Source of the DNA: Eledone cirrhosa
Taxonomy: Eukaryota
NCBI GenBank assembly: GCA_964016885.1
Contig: OZ024743.1
Location: 104,470,001-104,534,000 of the forward strand
Reading direction: 5' to 3'
DNA: 64,000 nucleotides
The stretch's first letter is position 1, and every line of letters starts with the position of its first letter. The position numbers and the translations under genes were made by a program. Shown piece by piece: positions 26,547 to 39,525 of the stretch. The notes under the pieces are model-generated. The model was given only the letters and a program-made list of their open reading frames with translations. It was not told where the DNA came from and did not search any database.

Positions 26547-27395
26547 TATTAACCCATATGTCGGTATAGTGTATTCATCCATCTGTCAATACTATATATT
26601 AACCCATGTGTCAGTACCATATATTAACCCATGTGCCAGTACCATATATTAACCCATGTGCCGGTACTATATATTAACCCACGTGTCAATACTATGTATT
26701 AACCCATGTGTCAGTACCATATATTAACCCATGTGTCAGTACTATATATTAACCCATGTGTCAGTACTATATATTAACCCATCTGTCAGAACCATATATT
26801 AACCCATGTGCCAGTACCATATATTAACCCATGTATCAGTACCATATATTAACCCATGTGTCAATACTATGTATTAACCCATGTGCCAATACTATATATT
26901 AACCCATCTGCCAGTACTATATATTAACCCATGTGTCAATACTATGTATTAACCCATGTGTCAGTACAATATATTAACCCATGTGTCAGTACTATATATT
27001 AACCCATGTGTCAGTACTATATATTAACCCATCTGTCAGAACCATATATTAACCCATGTGCCAGTACCATATATTAACCCATGTATCAGTACCATATATT
27101 AACCCATGTGCCAGAACTATATATTAACCCATGTGTCAGTACCATATATTAACCCATCTGTCAGTACAATATATTAACCCATCTGTCAGTACAATATATT
27201 AACCCATGTGCCAGTACAATGTATTAACCCATGTGCCAGTACAATGTATTAACCCATGTGTCAGTACCATATGTTAACCCATGTCAGAACCATATATTAA
27301 CCCATGTGTCAGTACCATATATTAACCCATGTATCAGTACTATATATTAATCCATGTGCCAGTACTATATATTAACCCATGTGTCAGTACAATTT
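26547..27395. repeat. 22-bp minisatellite (ATATTAACCCATGTGTCAGTAC + 2 nt), ~38 copies
   Basis: Direct inspection. Confidence 0.95.
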
Positions 27396-27410
27396 ATTTA
27401 CCCTTTAGAT

Positions 27411-27628
27411 TTAACCCTTTAATGTTCAAACTGGCCAGAATTCTCTACCTCTTTCTGTTGAAACTGGCTGTAACTGGCCACTCAAACTTATGTTACGGTA
27501 TTGTTCTCAAAATAAATACTTTCAAAATCTCACAGATTCGATATTATATGAGATAATTATGCGAGGTAAAGCCTTTACCATGAAAATATAATAGTATATA
27601 TAGAGTAATGTGAATGCTAAAGGGTTAA
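27411..27628. mobile_element. piggyBac-like MITE followed by a partial tandem copy (to ~27825)
   Basis: TTAACCCTTTA ... CTAAAGGGTTAA. Confidence 0.75.
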
Positions 27629-29469
27629 ACCGGCCGTATCCAGTCAGAAATCTCTCATCTCATTTTGTTCAAACTGGCCATGACTTGCTGCTCATACTGA
27701 TGTTAAGGTATTCTTCTCAAAATAAATAATATCAAAATTTCATAGACTCAATATTGTGTGAGATAATTATGTAAGATAAAGCCAGTATGATCTATTAGCC
27801 TGAATACTGGTACCATGATATACAATGCACCCAGTACACTCTATCAAGTAGCTGGTATTAGGAAGGATCCAGCAGTGGAAACCATACCAAAAAGAGTTGA
27901 GAAAACATTTCAGTTGTGTCAAATGCATAATAACCTCTCTACTGTTGGTGGTAGGAACTGTCATTCAACTACAGAGGTTCTGTCAAACAAAGGGTTCAGA
28001 GCACTCTTCAGCTGCGTTGAAGACATGACAATCTTACTAGTGTTTATGTCACAATAAAATATACTTCATGCAGTCTGTAGTCTGCAAGAATGTATATATA
28101 CAAGAAGCAAGCCCCATGTCTATCTGAGAGGTTAATAGCTCCAATTAAGTACTGACTTGGTCTGTGACAACCTATCCAACCATTACTAGCAGGGAAAATA
28201 GTCATTAAATGTGATGATAATGATGATGATGATGATAATATATTTATATACATATATGTTTATAAACTACTGTGTATATTTAACCGTTCTTGCCACCAAG
28301 CAACTAATTATTTATGGACTTCAGCAGGCACTTATTTTTAATTACTATGCTCTTACTGTGGAACGTAAAAGGCAACATGTCTAAATACTTTCTGATCAAA
28401 TAACTTCAGAATGTAATTGTGGTGCTTCTGTGTTTCCATAATTCCCTACTTGGTCACCAAGAAGAAAGAAAAAAGACAAAAAGACTGAAAAAAAGGGAAA
28501 GAAAGGGCTAACTAAACAAAAGGAACAATGTACAAATAAATAAAAGTTTGTGTATATATATATATATGTCTGTGTGTGTGTGTCTATGTATATGTGCGTG
28601 TTTATGTATGTATGTATGTACACACACTCACATATACACATATATATGTACAGACACTCAAACACATACATACATACACACGCATATATATATATATATA
28701 TACACATATATATATATATATATATATGATTGACCGGAAATGGTTTGTCATTATATTTCACTGTTGACTTAACCAAACGGATGTGTAATCCAGTAGTAAT
28801 TCAAACAGACAGACTGTTGAACAATAAGAATAAGGAAATTACAATGAAAACAAACAATAAAATAGAAAATCAATAAAACAGTGAAAGAATATTATTATGA
28901 AGTTATTTCAATGGATATTATCTAATAAAGGCAATGTTATATTGTTTAATATGACCAGTTCAGTATATGTTCAGATTTGTTTTGTTTTTTGTTTCAATAG
29001 GATTTGTTCATATTTTATTCTTTTCATAGAAAAAATAACACAACTTGTAACTCCTGACAGAATATAAAATTCCAAATTAATCTATTAGACCCCGTATAGC
29101 TTGGTGTTTTCCTTTCTCCTGCCTTGTCGTAGTATATGTCTTGTATACACAAAAAGTTAATTAGTCAATCATTTAGCTTCATTTAAGAAATACTAATCTC
29201 TAGGTAAATATAATTGAACACTGTCTATAAGGAAAGTCTAACTTCAAAGAAAGTAATATCTAACGTTCAATAAAACAAATAAAACAACAATAAATCAAAC
29301 AACAGCAACAACTAGGAGACTGGGTCTCCTCCACCCCCTCTCCCTCTTTCTCCTACTGGCAGGTTCAGCTACCCCTTCCCTCCACAAATTGCCATGATAG
29401 AATTATTATGTCTCAACAACAAACTTTTGACCAATCCTTGTGACAATCACTTTTACCATATATGGAATT

Positions 29470-29565
29470 ACCCCTTGAGAAGCTCGGCTATTCAAATACC
29501 AGGATAAAAATTTTCATTTAGTCCAGAATTAGCCGTCGAAACGGCTTGAGCTCAGCCGTCGGGGT
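29470..29565 (+). ncRNA. Type-I hammerhead ribozyme, U3-A8 core, full stem III
   Basis: ACCCC-TTGAGAA-G..CGGCTATTC...GAAT.TAGCCG.TC-GAAAC GGCT tgagctc AGCC GTC-GGGGT, followed by a short tail and (TA)n. Confidence 0.75.
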
Positions 29566-29599
29566 CCTACTCGTTCCTATATATATATATATATATGTA

Positions 29600-31255
29600 T
29601 CAAAGAGATCACAGGTAGGAAGAGGTGTTCAAGTCAGATCCAGGGAACAGGGCTTGAGGATAGGAAGAAGAAATGGCTGCACCATTTTAGGACCCTACTA
29701 GGAGAGCTGCCCTCCACAGCCCAGAACACTGGGAGATCAGGCGGCTGTTTGAGGAACTGGATATTCAGACAGGACCCTTCACCAGAGAGGAGCTTCAGAG
29801 AGCCAAGAAGAAGATCAAGGAGGGCAAGGCTCATGGAGAAGATAGAGTGGCATCAGAGGTGATGAAGAGGTGTGATTTTGATGATATCATCCTGTAGTTC
29901 TGTAACCATGCACTGGAGAAAGGAGTTGCCTCGAATCAGTGGAGGATCAGTAAGATCGTCCCAGTGCCAAAGAAGGGAGATCTCTCTAACACCAACAACT
30001 ACAGGAGGATCTCACTGATGTCACTTTTGGCAAAGACCCTCAACAGGATGATTCTTAACAGGATCCAGCCCGAGATGGAGAAGAAGCTCAGGGACAACCA
30101 GAACGGCTTCAGAGAGGGAAGATCAACCACCAGTCACATCCTAATGCTGGGGAGGATATTAGAGGGAACTAGAGCAAAGTGCCTTCCTGCAGTCATGGTT
30201 TTCATTGACTTTAGGAAAGTCTTTGATTCTGTGGACCATCACTGCCTGATGAAGATCTTACAGGCTTATGGAATCCCCAAGAAGATAGCGGACCTGATAT
30301 CACTGCTTTACACCAACACCAAAGCCCAAGTCATTACACCTGATGGGATGATAGAGTTCTTTGAGACACTGGCTGGAGTGCTCCAGGGAGATACATTGGC
30401 TCCCTACCTTTTTATCATCATAGTGGACTATTGTATGTGCCTTGCACTGGAGAAACACCAGGACTCTGGCTTTACTGTAACACCGGTTCAGAGCACCAGA
30501 GTTAAGGCAAAAAAGATATCGGATGCTGAATTTGCTGATGACATAGTTCTGGTGACAAACACAGTGAGGAGGCAGAGGATATGATGCAGGAGGTGGAGAC
30601 TGTGTCGATGAGTGTGGGGCTGAGAATGAATGAGATTAAGACAAAGTATCTGGTAGAGAATATTAAGAAGCCAGAGAAGATTACTAATGTAGGCGGGAAG
30701 CCGCTAGAATTGGTTGACTTCCTGTATTTGGGAGCAAAGGTTGGGAATACGGAAGATGATGTGGTCGAGAGGAAGAGCAAAGCTTGGGCGGCGTGCCACA
30801 GCTTGAGATTGGTGTGGAAGTCGGACCATCTCTTTGTTGCTGTAGTGGAGTCTGTGCTGCTGTATGGGTCTGAGATTTGGACACTGACCAAGAAACTCAC
30901 TCAGATGGTGGATGGGTGCTACACGAGAATGCTGAAGATGGCTTTGAACATTAATCAGTATACACTGAGGATGAAGAACTCAGAGCTGTACAGGAGCCTC
31001 CCAAAAGGCAGCTCGAGAGTAGCCCAGAGGAGACTGAGGTTAGCTGGACATGCTCACCGACATCCAGAGTTGACACTGCACGCAGTGCTCCTGTGGGAGC
31101 CCCTGCATGGTCACGCTGGATGAGGAAGACCGAGGTTAACATATGTTGATGCCCTAAGGACAGACACTGGTCTCTTGAAGACGCAGTGATAATGAGGGCA
31201 GAGACCGCTGGAGAGAACTCATCCATGGATCTCGGGAATTTTACCCACCCTAGAC
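29600..31255 (+). mobile_element. RTEX/RTE-like LINE RT fragment, decayed
   Basis: PKKGDLS..NNYR.ISL, QNGFREGRST, FIDFRKVFDSV, GVLQGDTLAPYLF, FADDI, VESVLLYGSEIWTLT, RLRLAGH. Confidence 0.9.
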
Positions 31256-31272
31256 ATATATATATGTGTATA

Positions 31273-31324
<52 letters not shown>

Positions 31325-32011
31325 TATATATATATAGAAAGAGAGAGAGAGCTGTTCCACATTTTGAGTTCAAAGAATAAGTTACTCAACAATAAAATCG
31401 AAAGATCAATTTATTGTAACCATAGACTCAAAGAAAAGTTTTCGCACTACAAGTGCAAATCGAACCCTTAACCTCTTACTACCAACTGACAAACTGCATA
31501 TACTTAGACTTTATACCCTCTTATTGTATTTAACCCATTTAATTACCCACAAAAACCAATACCTATATCCCTCCCTTCTCCTTCATTCCTCTTCTATTTC
31601 TTCGTTTTCTTCCTTTCTTCCCTCCCCTTTTTGGCTATCTTTTCTTTTCTTCTTTCTCCCCGCTTCTTTACTTTTATTTTTATCATTATTATTTTTATCT
31701 TTATTTTTTATATATATATTTATCTCTTTATATCTCCCCCCCCCCCACTATGATCAATTTAATTCTCTTTAACTCACTACAATAGACGACATATCAAAAC
31801 TGATCAATGAATCCTTCCACCTCTACCCCTCCCTCCATCTCAGTTTGTCAATTTACTTCCTAACTCTTCTCCCCCTTCCTCTCTCTCTATACTATTCCGT
31901 TTGTCCCCTCACTTTCTAATTCATCTTCCTCTTTCTCTATACTAGTAAATACAATTCCAAAAAAATGTTTTCTCTATATATTAAGAACTATTTCAAGAGT
32001 AACTTACTCAC

Positions 32012-32112
32012 TATTTTGAAAATTTGGACGTGAACAACAATTATAATTGAGTGGCTGCTATTTGTAGTTTAGCAATATAAGGCTGCACTTACCAATGAAA
32101 CGGTCGTAAATA
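32012..32112 (+). ncRNA. Degenerate hammerhead (U3-A8 core, extended stem II)
   Basis: TATT-TTGAAAA-TTTGG...CCAAT-GAAAC-GGTC-GTA-AATA. Confidence 0.45.
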
Positions 32113-32159
32113 CCTGGATAAAATCCTTCTCTTAATGCTTACCTGTGTTTTCTCTTTTA

Positions 32160-32217
<58 letters not shown>

Positions 32218-32519
32218 TAAAAGAGAAATCACAGGTAAGTATTAAGAGAAGGATTTTATCCAGGTATTTATATATATATATATATGAAAAGAGTTAGGAC
32301 CCCAACGACTGAGCTCCGGCCGTTTCAACAACTAGATCCGATCCACTCTACCCTAAGTATCGAGTACTCTGGTGTGTTTTGATCCACCTGGTATCTTACC
32401 ACACTTTCTTTGTTCTTTATATATATATATGTCCTACCCATGCTAGCGTGGAAGATGGATGTTAAACGATGATTATGATATATAGCATCATCATCATCAT
32501 CACTGTTATATATATACAA

Positions 32520-32696
32520 GAGTCGGGTATGAAGGAGTAATACTAAAGCTGTGAAATCTTACATGCATTAATTTCAACTCTTCTTATTAATAATTGCATT
32601 GTTTCTTTCCAGAGACTATGTTGTAAAATAAACTTCATATGGTCATTCCATGAAAGTATTTAAGTCAGCCTATGAACTTTTCAGCCTACTCTCATA
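32520..32696 (+). mobile_element. MITE derived from the mariner family at 58518-59750
   Basis: Left part (taaagctgtgaaatcttacatgca..) and right part (gtcagcctatgaacttttcag) match the reverse complement of the two ends of that element. Confidence 0.65.
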
Positions 32697-32786
32697 TATA
32701 TATGTGCATGTGTGTACCAGACTGCCAACATCGAATTCCATACTATCGTGAACATATCAAAAACAAAATAACATTACACCTAAATA

Positions 32787-32857
32787 CCTATCTGAAGACA
32801 ACATATCAAATAATAGTTACATGACGACTTTGATGTCTATGAAATGTGCATAACAGG
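32787..32857 (+). ncRNA. Hammerhead motif, decayed
   Basis: CCTAT-CTGAAGA-..ACATATCAAA..TTTGATGT..-GAAA-TGTGCA-TA-ACAGG; stem III is related to TGCGCA at 37371. Confidence 0.55.
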
Positions 32858-33045
32858 ATGATGTATTCAACTGAAGATCTATACATGATACTGTCTCTCT
32901 TCTTTTTATAATACTAACACTCCATCTGATACTATATAGGTAATACCTTAGGGTACTCATGTTGTGGATTGCTTACGTCTGATTACACCATGATTGGTTG
33001 ATTGCTTGATCGACCAGCACTGATTACTTGGATTTATATATATAT

Positions 33046-35870
33046 CATCATCATCATCACCGTTTTACGTCCGTTCTTCCACGCTAGCATGGGTTAGACG
33101 GGTTGTCCTGTTGTGGGCAGTGTCCGGTCGGCTGACATTGTCTTGCTCATACGAGAACTGATTCTGGCTTGATTTCTGCAGCTGAATGCCCTTCCTAACA
33201 TCAACCTCATTTACAGTGAGTGCTGGGTGCTTTTTTTTCTGTGGCGCCTACACGTCCATTTTACAGTGTGGGCTGGGTGCTTTTTTGCCATTGCACCTCC
33301 ACGACCACTTTGCAGTGGGAGGGTGTGGGGGCATATTGTCTATATGCTTCAGCTTCGGCTTGAACCTATGGGGGGATCGGGTCTTCTGCATTACTGCGTG
33401 ACGCCAGAGGTCACGGTCGTGTGTCATCACCTTTGAGAGGTGTAATTGGGTAAGGTCGGCTTTTATCACCTCATCCTAGGTCTTCTTCGGTCTCCCCACT
33501 CCGCGGTTTCCATCGACTTCTACTGCTCTGCACCTTTTTATGCACATCCTTCATACACATCACATGTCCATACCAACACAACCGCCTCTCCTGCACACAG
33601 CATTTGATTCCTCTTATGCTCTCTCAATTCATTTATGCATTGCCGTTCGCGTATATTACTATTACACATCCATCGGGGCATGCAGGCTTCGTTTCTTTCT
33701 AATCTACGCAAGTCTTCCACAGACAGCGCCCAGGTCTCACTACCATGTAACATTGCTGTTCATATACACGCATCATACAGTTTGCCTTTTATTTTAAGGG
33801 AAAAGCCTTTTACAGCTAGCAGTGGCAGTAGCTCTCTGAACTTCTTCTATCCCGTTCTTACCCTAGTTATTGTACTTTCCGAACACCCACCTCCGCTGCT
33901 AATTCGGTCACCTAGGTAGCAGAAGCTGTCTACTGTTTCTACAGAGCCCTCCCAGAGTTTGGTGGTACTTGTTTCCTGTGGCTGTTTGCTGCTTGCTGTC
34001 CCAGCACAGCTGCTACATGTGAAGCCTACATTCTTAGTTAAGCTTCCTGAGATCTCGCTACATCTCTTGTATACCCATTGTTTGCATTTGGGGCTGAGAA
34101 TGGAGTTCCTACCTACACCTTTCCTACAAACTGAGCAAGGCCATTTCTCTGAGGGGATCTGGGTTGTTTTCTCGTCTACCTACAAGGACCTTAGTCTTTG
34201 TCAGGTTGACTTTGAGACCCTTTCTTTCTAGTCCCTGCTTCCAAGTTTGGAATTTCTTCTCTAGTTCTACCATAGATTCAGCTATAAGTGCGAGGTCATT
34301 TGCATACAGGAGTTCTTAAGGGCATCCGGTCTTAAACTCCTCCGTTATTGCCTGCAGGACTATGATGAACAGGAGCGGGCTAAGAACAGAGCCCTGGTAG
34401 ACACCGACCTGTACGCTAAATTCCTGACTATACTCATTGCTAATCCTAACTTTGCTGACTGCTCTCCTATACATGGCTTGTACAGCTTTCACAAGCCATT
34501 CGTCTACTCCTAGTTTTCTAAGAGCCCACCAGATTATAGCACGGGGAACTCTGTCAAAGGCTTTCTCGAGATCGACGAATGCCAGGCATTCGTCGATCTC
34601 GAGAAAGCCTTTGACAGGTAGAGTGGCTTACTTTTAGCTAGGTACTTTTCCTGTAACTGCCTCACAAGGAAGAGGGCATTAGTCATGCCTCTTCCTGGCA
34701 CAAACCCAAATTGCATCTCATCTAGTTTCACCCGCTCCCTAATCAAATGTACTATAACTCTTTCTGTTACTTTCATGACCTGGTGCATCACCTTTACCTT
34801 TGTAGCAGTTGACAATGATGCTACTGCACCAATCCTTTGGTATGACACCTAGTATTACCTGGTTAACAATACGTGTGGTTATAGTGTGACCTACCGAACC
34901 AGATGCCTTCAGCATCTCGGCAGCTATACCCGATGGACCGGTTGCCTTCCTCGTCTTCATATCTTTGATTGCCTTACTTATTACGCTGCTGCTGACTTGT
35001 ACTGCTGGCCCCTCTATAGGGTCTACTTGGGGTAGGGTCTCTTCTTCCCATGCATTCTCCTCATTTAGTAATCTATCATAATGGCTCTTCCACGCATCTT
35101 TCTTCTCAGCACTTGTGAGGGCAAGCTCACCTTTATCATTCCGGATACACTTCTCTCCAATGACATCACAATTCTCTCTGACACACTGCCTCGCAATCTT
35201 GAACACCTGTTTCTGGTCCTCACGTTGCAAAACATGCTTGCATTTTCTATCCTCAGCTTCCCTCCTAGCTAAGTATACTTCTCGCCTAGCTTCCCTCCTG
35301 GTCTCTATGTAATGTACCCTGCTTCCCCCGTTCTTTCCATGCCTGTCTCTTGGCCTTAACTGCCTCATCTACCTTATTGTTCCACCGATTGGGGTGCGTA
35401 AGCTGATATTGTTGTGGTAATTGTTTTATTCAGGACTAGTCTGAGTTTAATGATTCTTGCATTCACCCTGTTCACTGAGATTACCTTATCTACCCACTTG
35501 TCAGCTAGTAGAATACCTACACCACTCATCCCATTGTCATTTCCCACCCAGAAAAATTTGTAGCACTGACTTTTTCCTACAAGGACTCTAGCAGACTCTC
35601 CTCTCCATCTAGTCTCTTGCACACAGCATACATCAATTTCCTTTCACTCTAGCATCTCTACGATTTCTCCTGCTCTTCCTTTCATTGTTGGTACCAACTC
35701 GGAGTTTTGGGCATTTGTCAACATTTGTGGGAAAGGGTCGATTTTTGCAGGGATGTGTGTATGCTTCCTGTCTCTGAATTGAAGCTTCACATGGGTGCTT
35801 GGTAGCTTGCAGATTCATATTCATTTTCATATTAATTCAGGGTTGCTCCATTTATTCTCAACTCATCCAT
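33046..35870 (-). mobile_element. RTE LINE, near full extent but deleted and frameshifted
   Basis: APE (QETRW, SAYAPQ), RT pieces (QFGFVPGRG, HGSETW), and a 3' tail ending ggacgtaaaacggtgatgatgat. Confidence 0.9.
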
Positions 35871-36076
35871 ACATAACGGTAGAATTCAGGGCTAGAAGAA
35901 CAGTGGTGGTGGTAATAATGGCAAGGTGTGTTGGGACTGGGATGGGTGAGGAGAGAGGTAGGTAGTAGAAGTAATGGCAGAGTTTGTTGGGGTTGATAAT
36001 GGGTGGAGGGGGGCATGCTGAGGTTTGATTGGTCGAATAGGCTATGGTGGTGTGAGGGGGAGGGAAGTTGTGAGAT

Positions 36077-36716
36077 AGGTAGCCATCATGGCCTATAGCA
36101 TCTCATGGCAAAATAAACCGATACGAGTACCTATATTAGACAAGGCGAAATGTTAATGTTAGGATTTCGAAGGGAGTAGAGAGACAGCGAAATGATAAAT
36201 ACAACAACACTAATAATAATGTAAGAGAGAGGAAGGGAGTAGATGACTTCGTAGAGAGACAGCATGGGAAAAGAAAACGAGGGTAAAAAATAAATGTGTT
36301 GTGGAGGCTAGTGAAACGATAGATACAACAATAATAGTGTGAGTGGAACATTTGCAATTGGGAAATAGAGGGATACCTGGAAGATATATATGGATGGATG
36401 GCTGGAACGTGGTTTAGCAGCTCTAGTGATTCATTTTAGCCTTTCAGAATCAAGTGTGTCTTATCTCTTGAAGAACTTCAAGATGAGTGAGGAATGAATT
36501 AATGAAAGGGAAAGGGAGGTAATAAGTGGCTTAGAGAGATAGATAGATAGAGGGGGGGGGGGTAGCCATCATGGCCTAGAGCATCTCATGGCAAAATAAA
36601 CCAATACGAGTATCTATATTAGACAAGGCGAAATGTTAATGTTAGGATTTCGAAGGGAGTAGAGAGACAGCGAAATGATAAATACAACAACACTAATAAT
36701 AATGTAAGAGAGAGGA
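36077..36716. repeat. ~160-bp direct repeat pair (36077-36235, 36561-36716)
   Basis: 'ggtagccatcatggcct..agcatctcatggcaaaataaacc..gtaagagagaggaa' occurs twice. Confidence 0.8.
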
Positions 36717-37038
36717 ATAAAATAAAACATGAAAATGAAAAAGCACAGAAATATTTTTATAGCTTCTTTTTTCTTTAATCTGACAATATAAATATTTCAA
36801 TATGTGTTACATTAAATAAATTTAAGTTTTATCTAATATTATCAGTTTCAGTTGGTTACTCATGAAATATTGATTATTTTGAATAGAAAAATAACATAAT
36901 TTAAAAAAATAAATTAAAGATCCAAAATGCCATTTAGATTTCTATTTTGTATAGAGAAAGAATTTTCTACTTGAATCAGTAGAAGTAAATCAATTAAATT
37001 CAACCTGTTAAACCCTATTTCCATTCATACCATCCCAG

Positions 37039-37080
<42 letters not shown>

Positions 37081-37088
<8 letters not shown>

Positions 37089-37510
37089 AGATCAAAAGAT
37101 GGTTAAAGGAGTTCCATGTATTTTATTATGCGCATTTCAAAAACAAACATCATCATGCAATAATATTTGTGTTTTCATCAGATAAAACAGGAGAACATGA
37201 TATGAAGGCTAAAAAACACTTATGGATAGTGCAGTTTTAAATCAACATATCAACATATGTTGATTTAAAACTGCACTATCCACAAGTGTTTTTTAGCCTT
37301 CATATCATGTTCTCCTGTTTTATCTGATGAAAACACAAATATTATTGCATGATGATGTTTGTTTTTGAAATGCGCATAATAAAATACATGGAACTCCTTT
37401 AACCATCTTTTGATCTTATATTATGTATACTCCAGTCCTACAAACTGTAGAGTGCTTCTTATCCGATATCTGCATTGCTTTATTGTACTACAATAAAACT
37501 CACCTCCTAC

Positions 37511-37512
<2 letters not shown>
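37081..37512. mobile_element. 344-bp palindrome plus unique tail in (TA)n; Penelope-type terminus with divergent hammerheads
   Basis: Arms 37081-37250 and 37255-37424 are nearly identical; hammerheads at 37316-37386 (+) and 37119-37189 (-). Confidence 0.75.
37316..37386 (+). ncRNA. Type-I hammerhead ribozyme with ~16-bp stem II
   Basis: TGTTTTAT-CTGATGA-AAACACAAATATTATT gcat GATGATGTTTGTTTTT-GAAA-TGCGCA-TA-ATAAAATA. Confidence 0.8.
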
Positions 37513-37571
<59 letters not shown>

Positions 37572-37776
37572 GAAGTAAGATATAGATATATATATATATA
37601 TGAGAAGAAACTTTGAGAGAAAATACTCATGTTTAACAACTTACAAAATATGAGAACAGACTTTTTTTATTTGACAAGATTGACATAACCAATTTGATAA
37701 AACTTAAATTCATTTAATGTAACAAAATAGAAATATTTATTCTGTTAGATTAAAGAAAAAAAAAAATCTTTAAATA

Positions 37777-38751
37777 TACAAGAGTGCTTCAAAAAGTTTG
37801 TGAAAAAATGTCAGTTGGAAAAAACGGTTTAAGTTATTTTTCAACATATGCTCCATCTAGACAAGGCATGGGCAACCTTTTTTGAGAAGCAGGTCGCATG
37901 AGATATGGCTCATCATCATTAAAAAAAAAGCGCAGTAACTCAGGTTGTTTTGATTCAGAAGTCGTATACGTTGTTTTCCTCGATCGTAAAAATGATAGAA
38001 AGATAAATTACGACCGAAAAGTTGGGATAAAAAAATCAGAAATATTTCATTTAGGTGACTTCCATTCAGAAAGCTTCACGGGCCGTAGGTTACCCATGAC
38101 TGATTTAGATCAATGCACTTCTGCGAACATTGATACCCTTTAGCATTTACATTACTTTATATTTACTATTGTATTTTCATGGTAAACACTTTATCTCACA
38201 TAATATCAGATCTATGAAATTTTGATATTATTTATTTTGAGAACAATACCTTAACATAAGTATGAGCAGCTGATTATGGTTGGTTTGAACAGAAACAGAT
38301 GAGAGAATTCTGGCCGGATATGGCTGGTTTTAATGCTAAAGGATTAAGTCTATTTGTGTAAAACTGAGGGCCATGTGATTTAAACAATGTCAAAGCAGCT
38401 TTTTTTACATCTTCAACCTCATCTCTTTCACTCCTAAAATGACTTATCTATCTGTAGGTTATTGATTTCTTTGGGGGTATTGTCCCCATAAACTTGCTCC
38501 TGAACGTCAATGATTTGGCTGCTCTTTCACCCTAGCTTCACCATGAATTTGATGTCTTGATGCAGATCATGTTGCTCAAGCGGATGCTGACCTCTGACTG
38601 GCACTGCCGATTTGCAACATGCATATAAGGGTTTATATTAGAGCATGTTATGATACGTTAGTATGAAAACATACAGGTGCATTGAGATCAAAATACCTGC
38701 ATATGATTTTTAGCTATGTACTTTTCCATAAACTTTTTGAAGCCCCCAGTA
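37777..38751. mobile_element. Old mariner-like relic with nested hAT and piggyBac MITEs
   Basis: Ends TACAAGAGTGCTTCAAAAAGTTTG / AAACTTTTTGAAGCCCCCAGTA. Nested hAT MITE at 37863-38102 (AGGCATGGGCAACC / GGTTACCCATGACTG, TSD-like atctagac/atttagat) and piggyBac MITE at 38136-38348. Confidence 0.55.
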
Positions 38752-39099
38752 TTTTCCATTTTTCTTTTTACCTATAATCTTCGATTTGTATGGAACTTTA
38801 CTCCCTTTTTTAACTATATCTCAAATCATCCCTGAAATTGGTAAATCAATATTTTTAAACATACCAATTATTTTATGCATGAGCCCCATAGTGGATTTTA
38901 TAGATTTTGTTTTGTTCACTATCATATAAATTGATTGTATTTTGTTGTATCTCTTGTATTTGTTTATTTATTGTTGTATTTGCTGTATTTATTGTCTGTG
39001 GTCTGGATTTAATAGTGTGTTTATATTGTTCTGTCACTTCAAAATAAACAGTTTTGATTTGTAGAACCAGTGGCCATTTCAAGTGGTTTAGTATCGAAC

Positions 39100-39525
39100 A
39101 TAATTTAACAAAGGTTTTTACATAGAATTATGATGAAAGGTTTTTAGATAAATATAAACACTTTCAAATAAAGGTTTTTACATAAAAATATGATTGAAGG
39201 TTTTTTAGATAAATATAAACACTTTAAAACAAAGGTTCTTACATAAAATCACGATGGAAAGTTTTTAGATAAATATAAACAAGCACTTTAAAAGAAACAG
39301 TTTTATATCAAAGAAGCAGGAGTGGTTTCAGGGGGTTTAGTATCAAATGTGTTAGACTGTTGTTTGGAACATAACTTACATAAAAATTATAATGGAATGA
39401 TTTTAAATAAATATAAACACTTTAAAAAGGTTAAGCTGGTGTTTAGAACATAACTTAAAGGTTCTTACATTAAATTATGATGGAAGATTTTTAGATAAAT
39501 ATAAACACTATAAAATAAATACTTT
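39100..39525. repeat. ~60-bp AT-rich diverged tandem repeat
   Basis: 'ttttagataaatataaacacttt' recurs 5 times. Confidence 0.7.

Noticed and set aside
26547-27395. CRISPR-like regular array
   Set aside because: No unique spacers, eukaryotic context and no cas genes.
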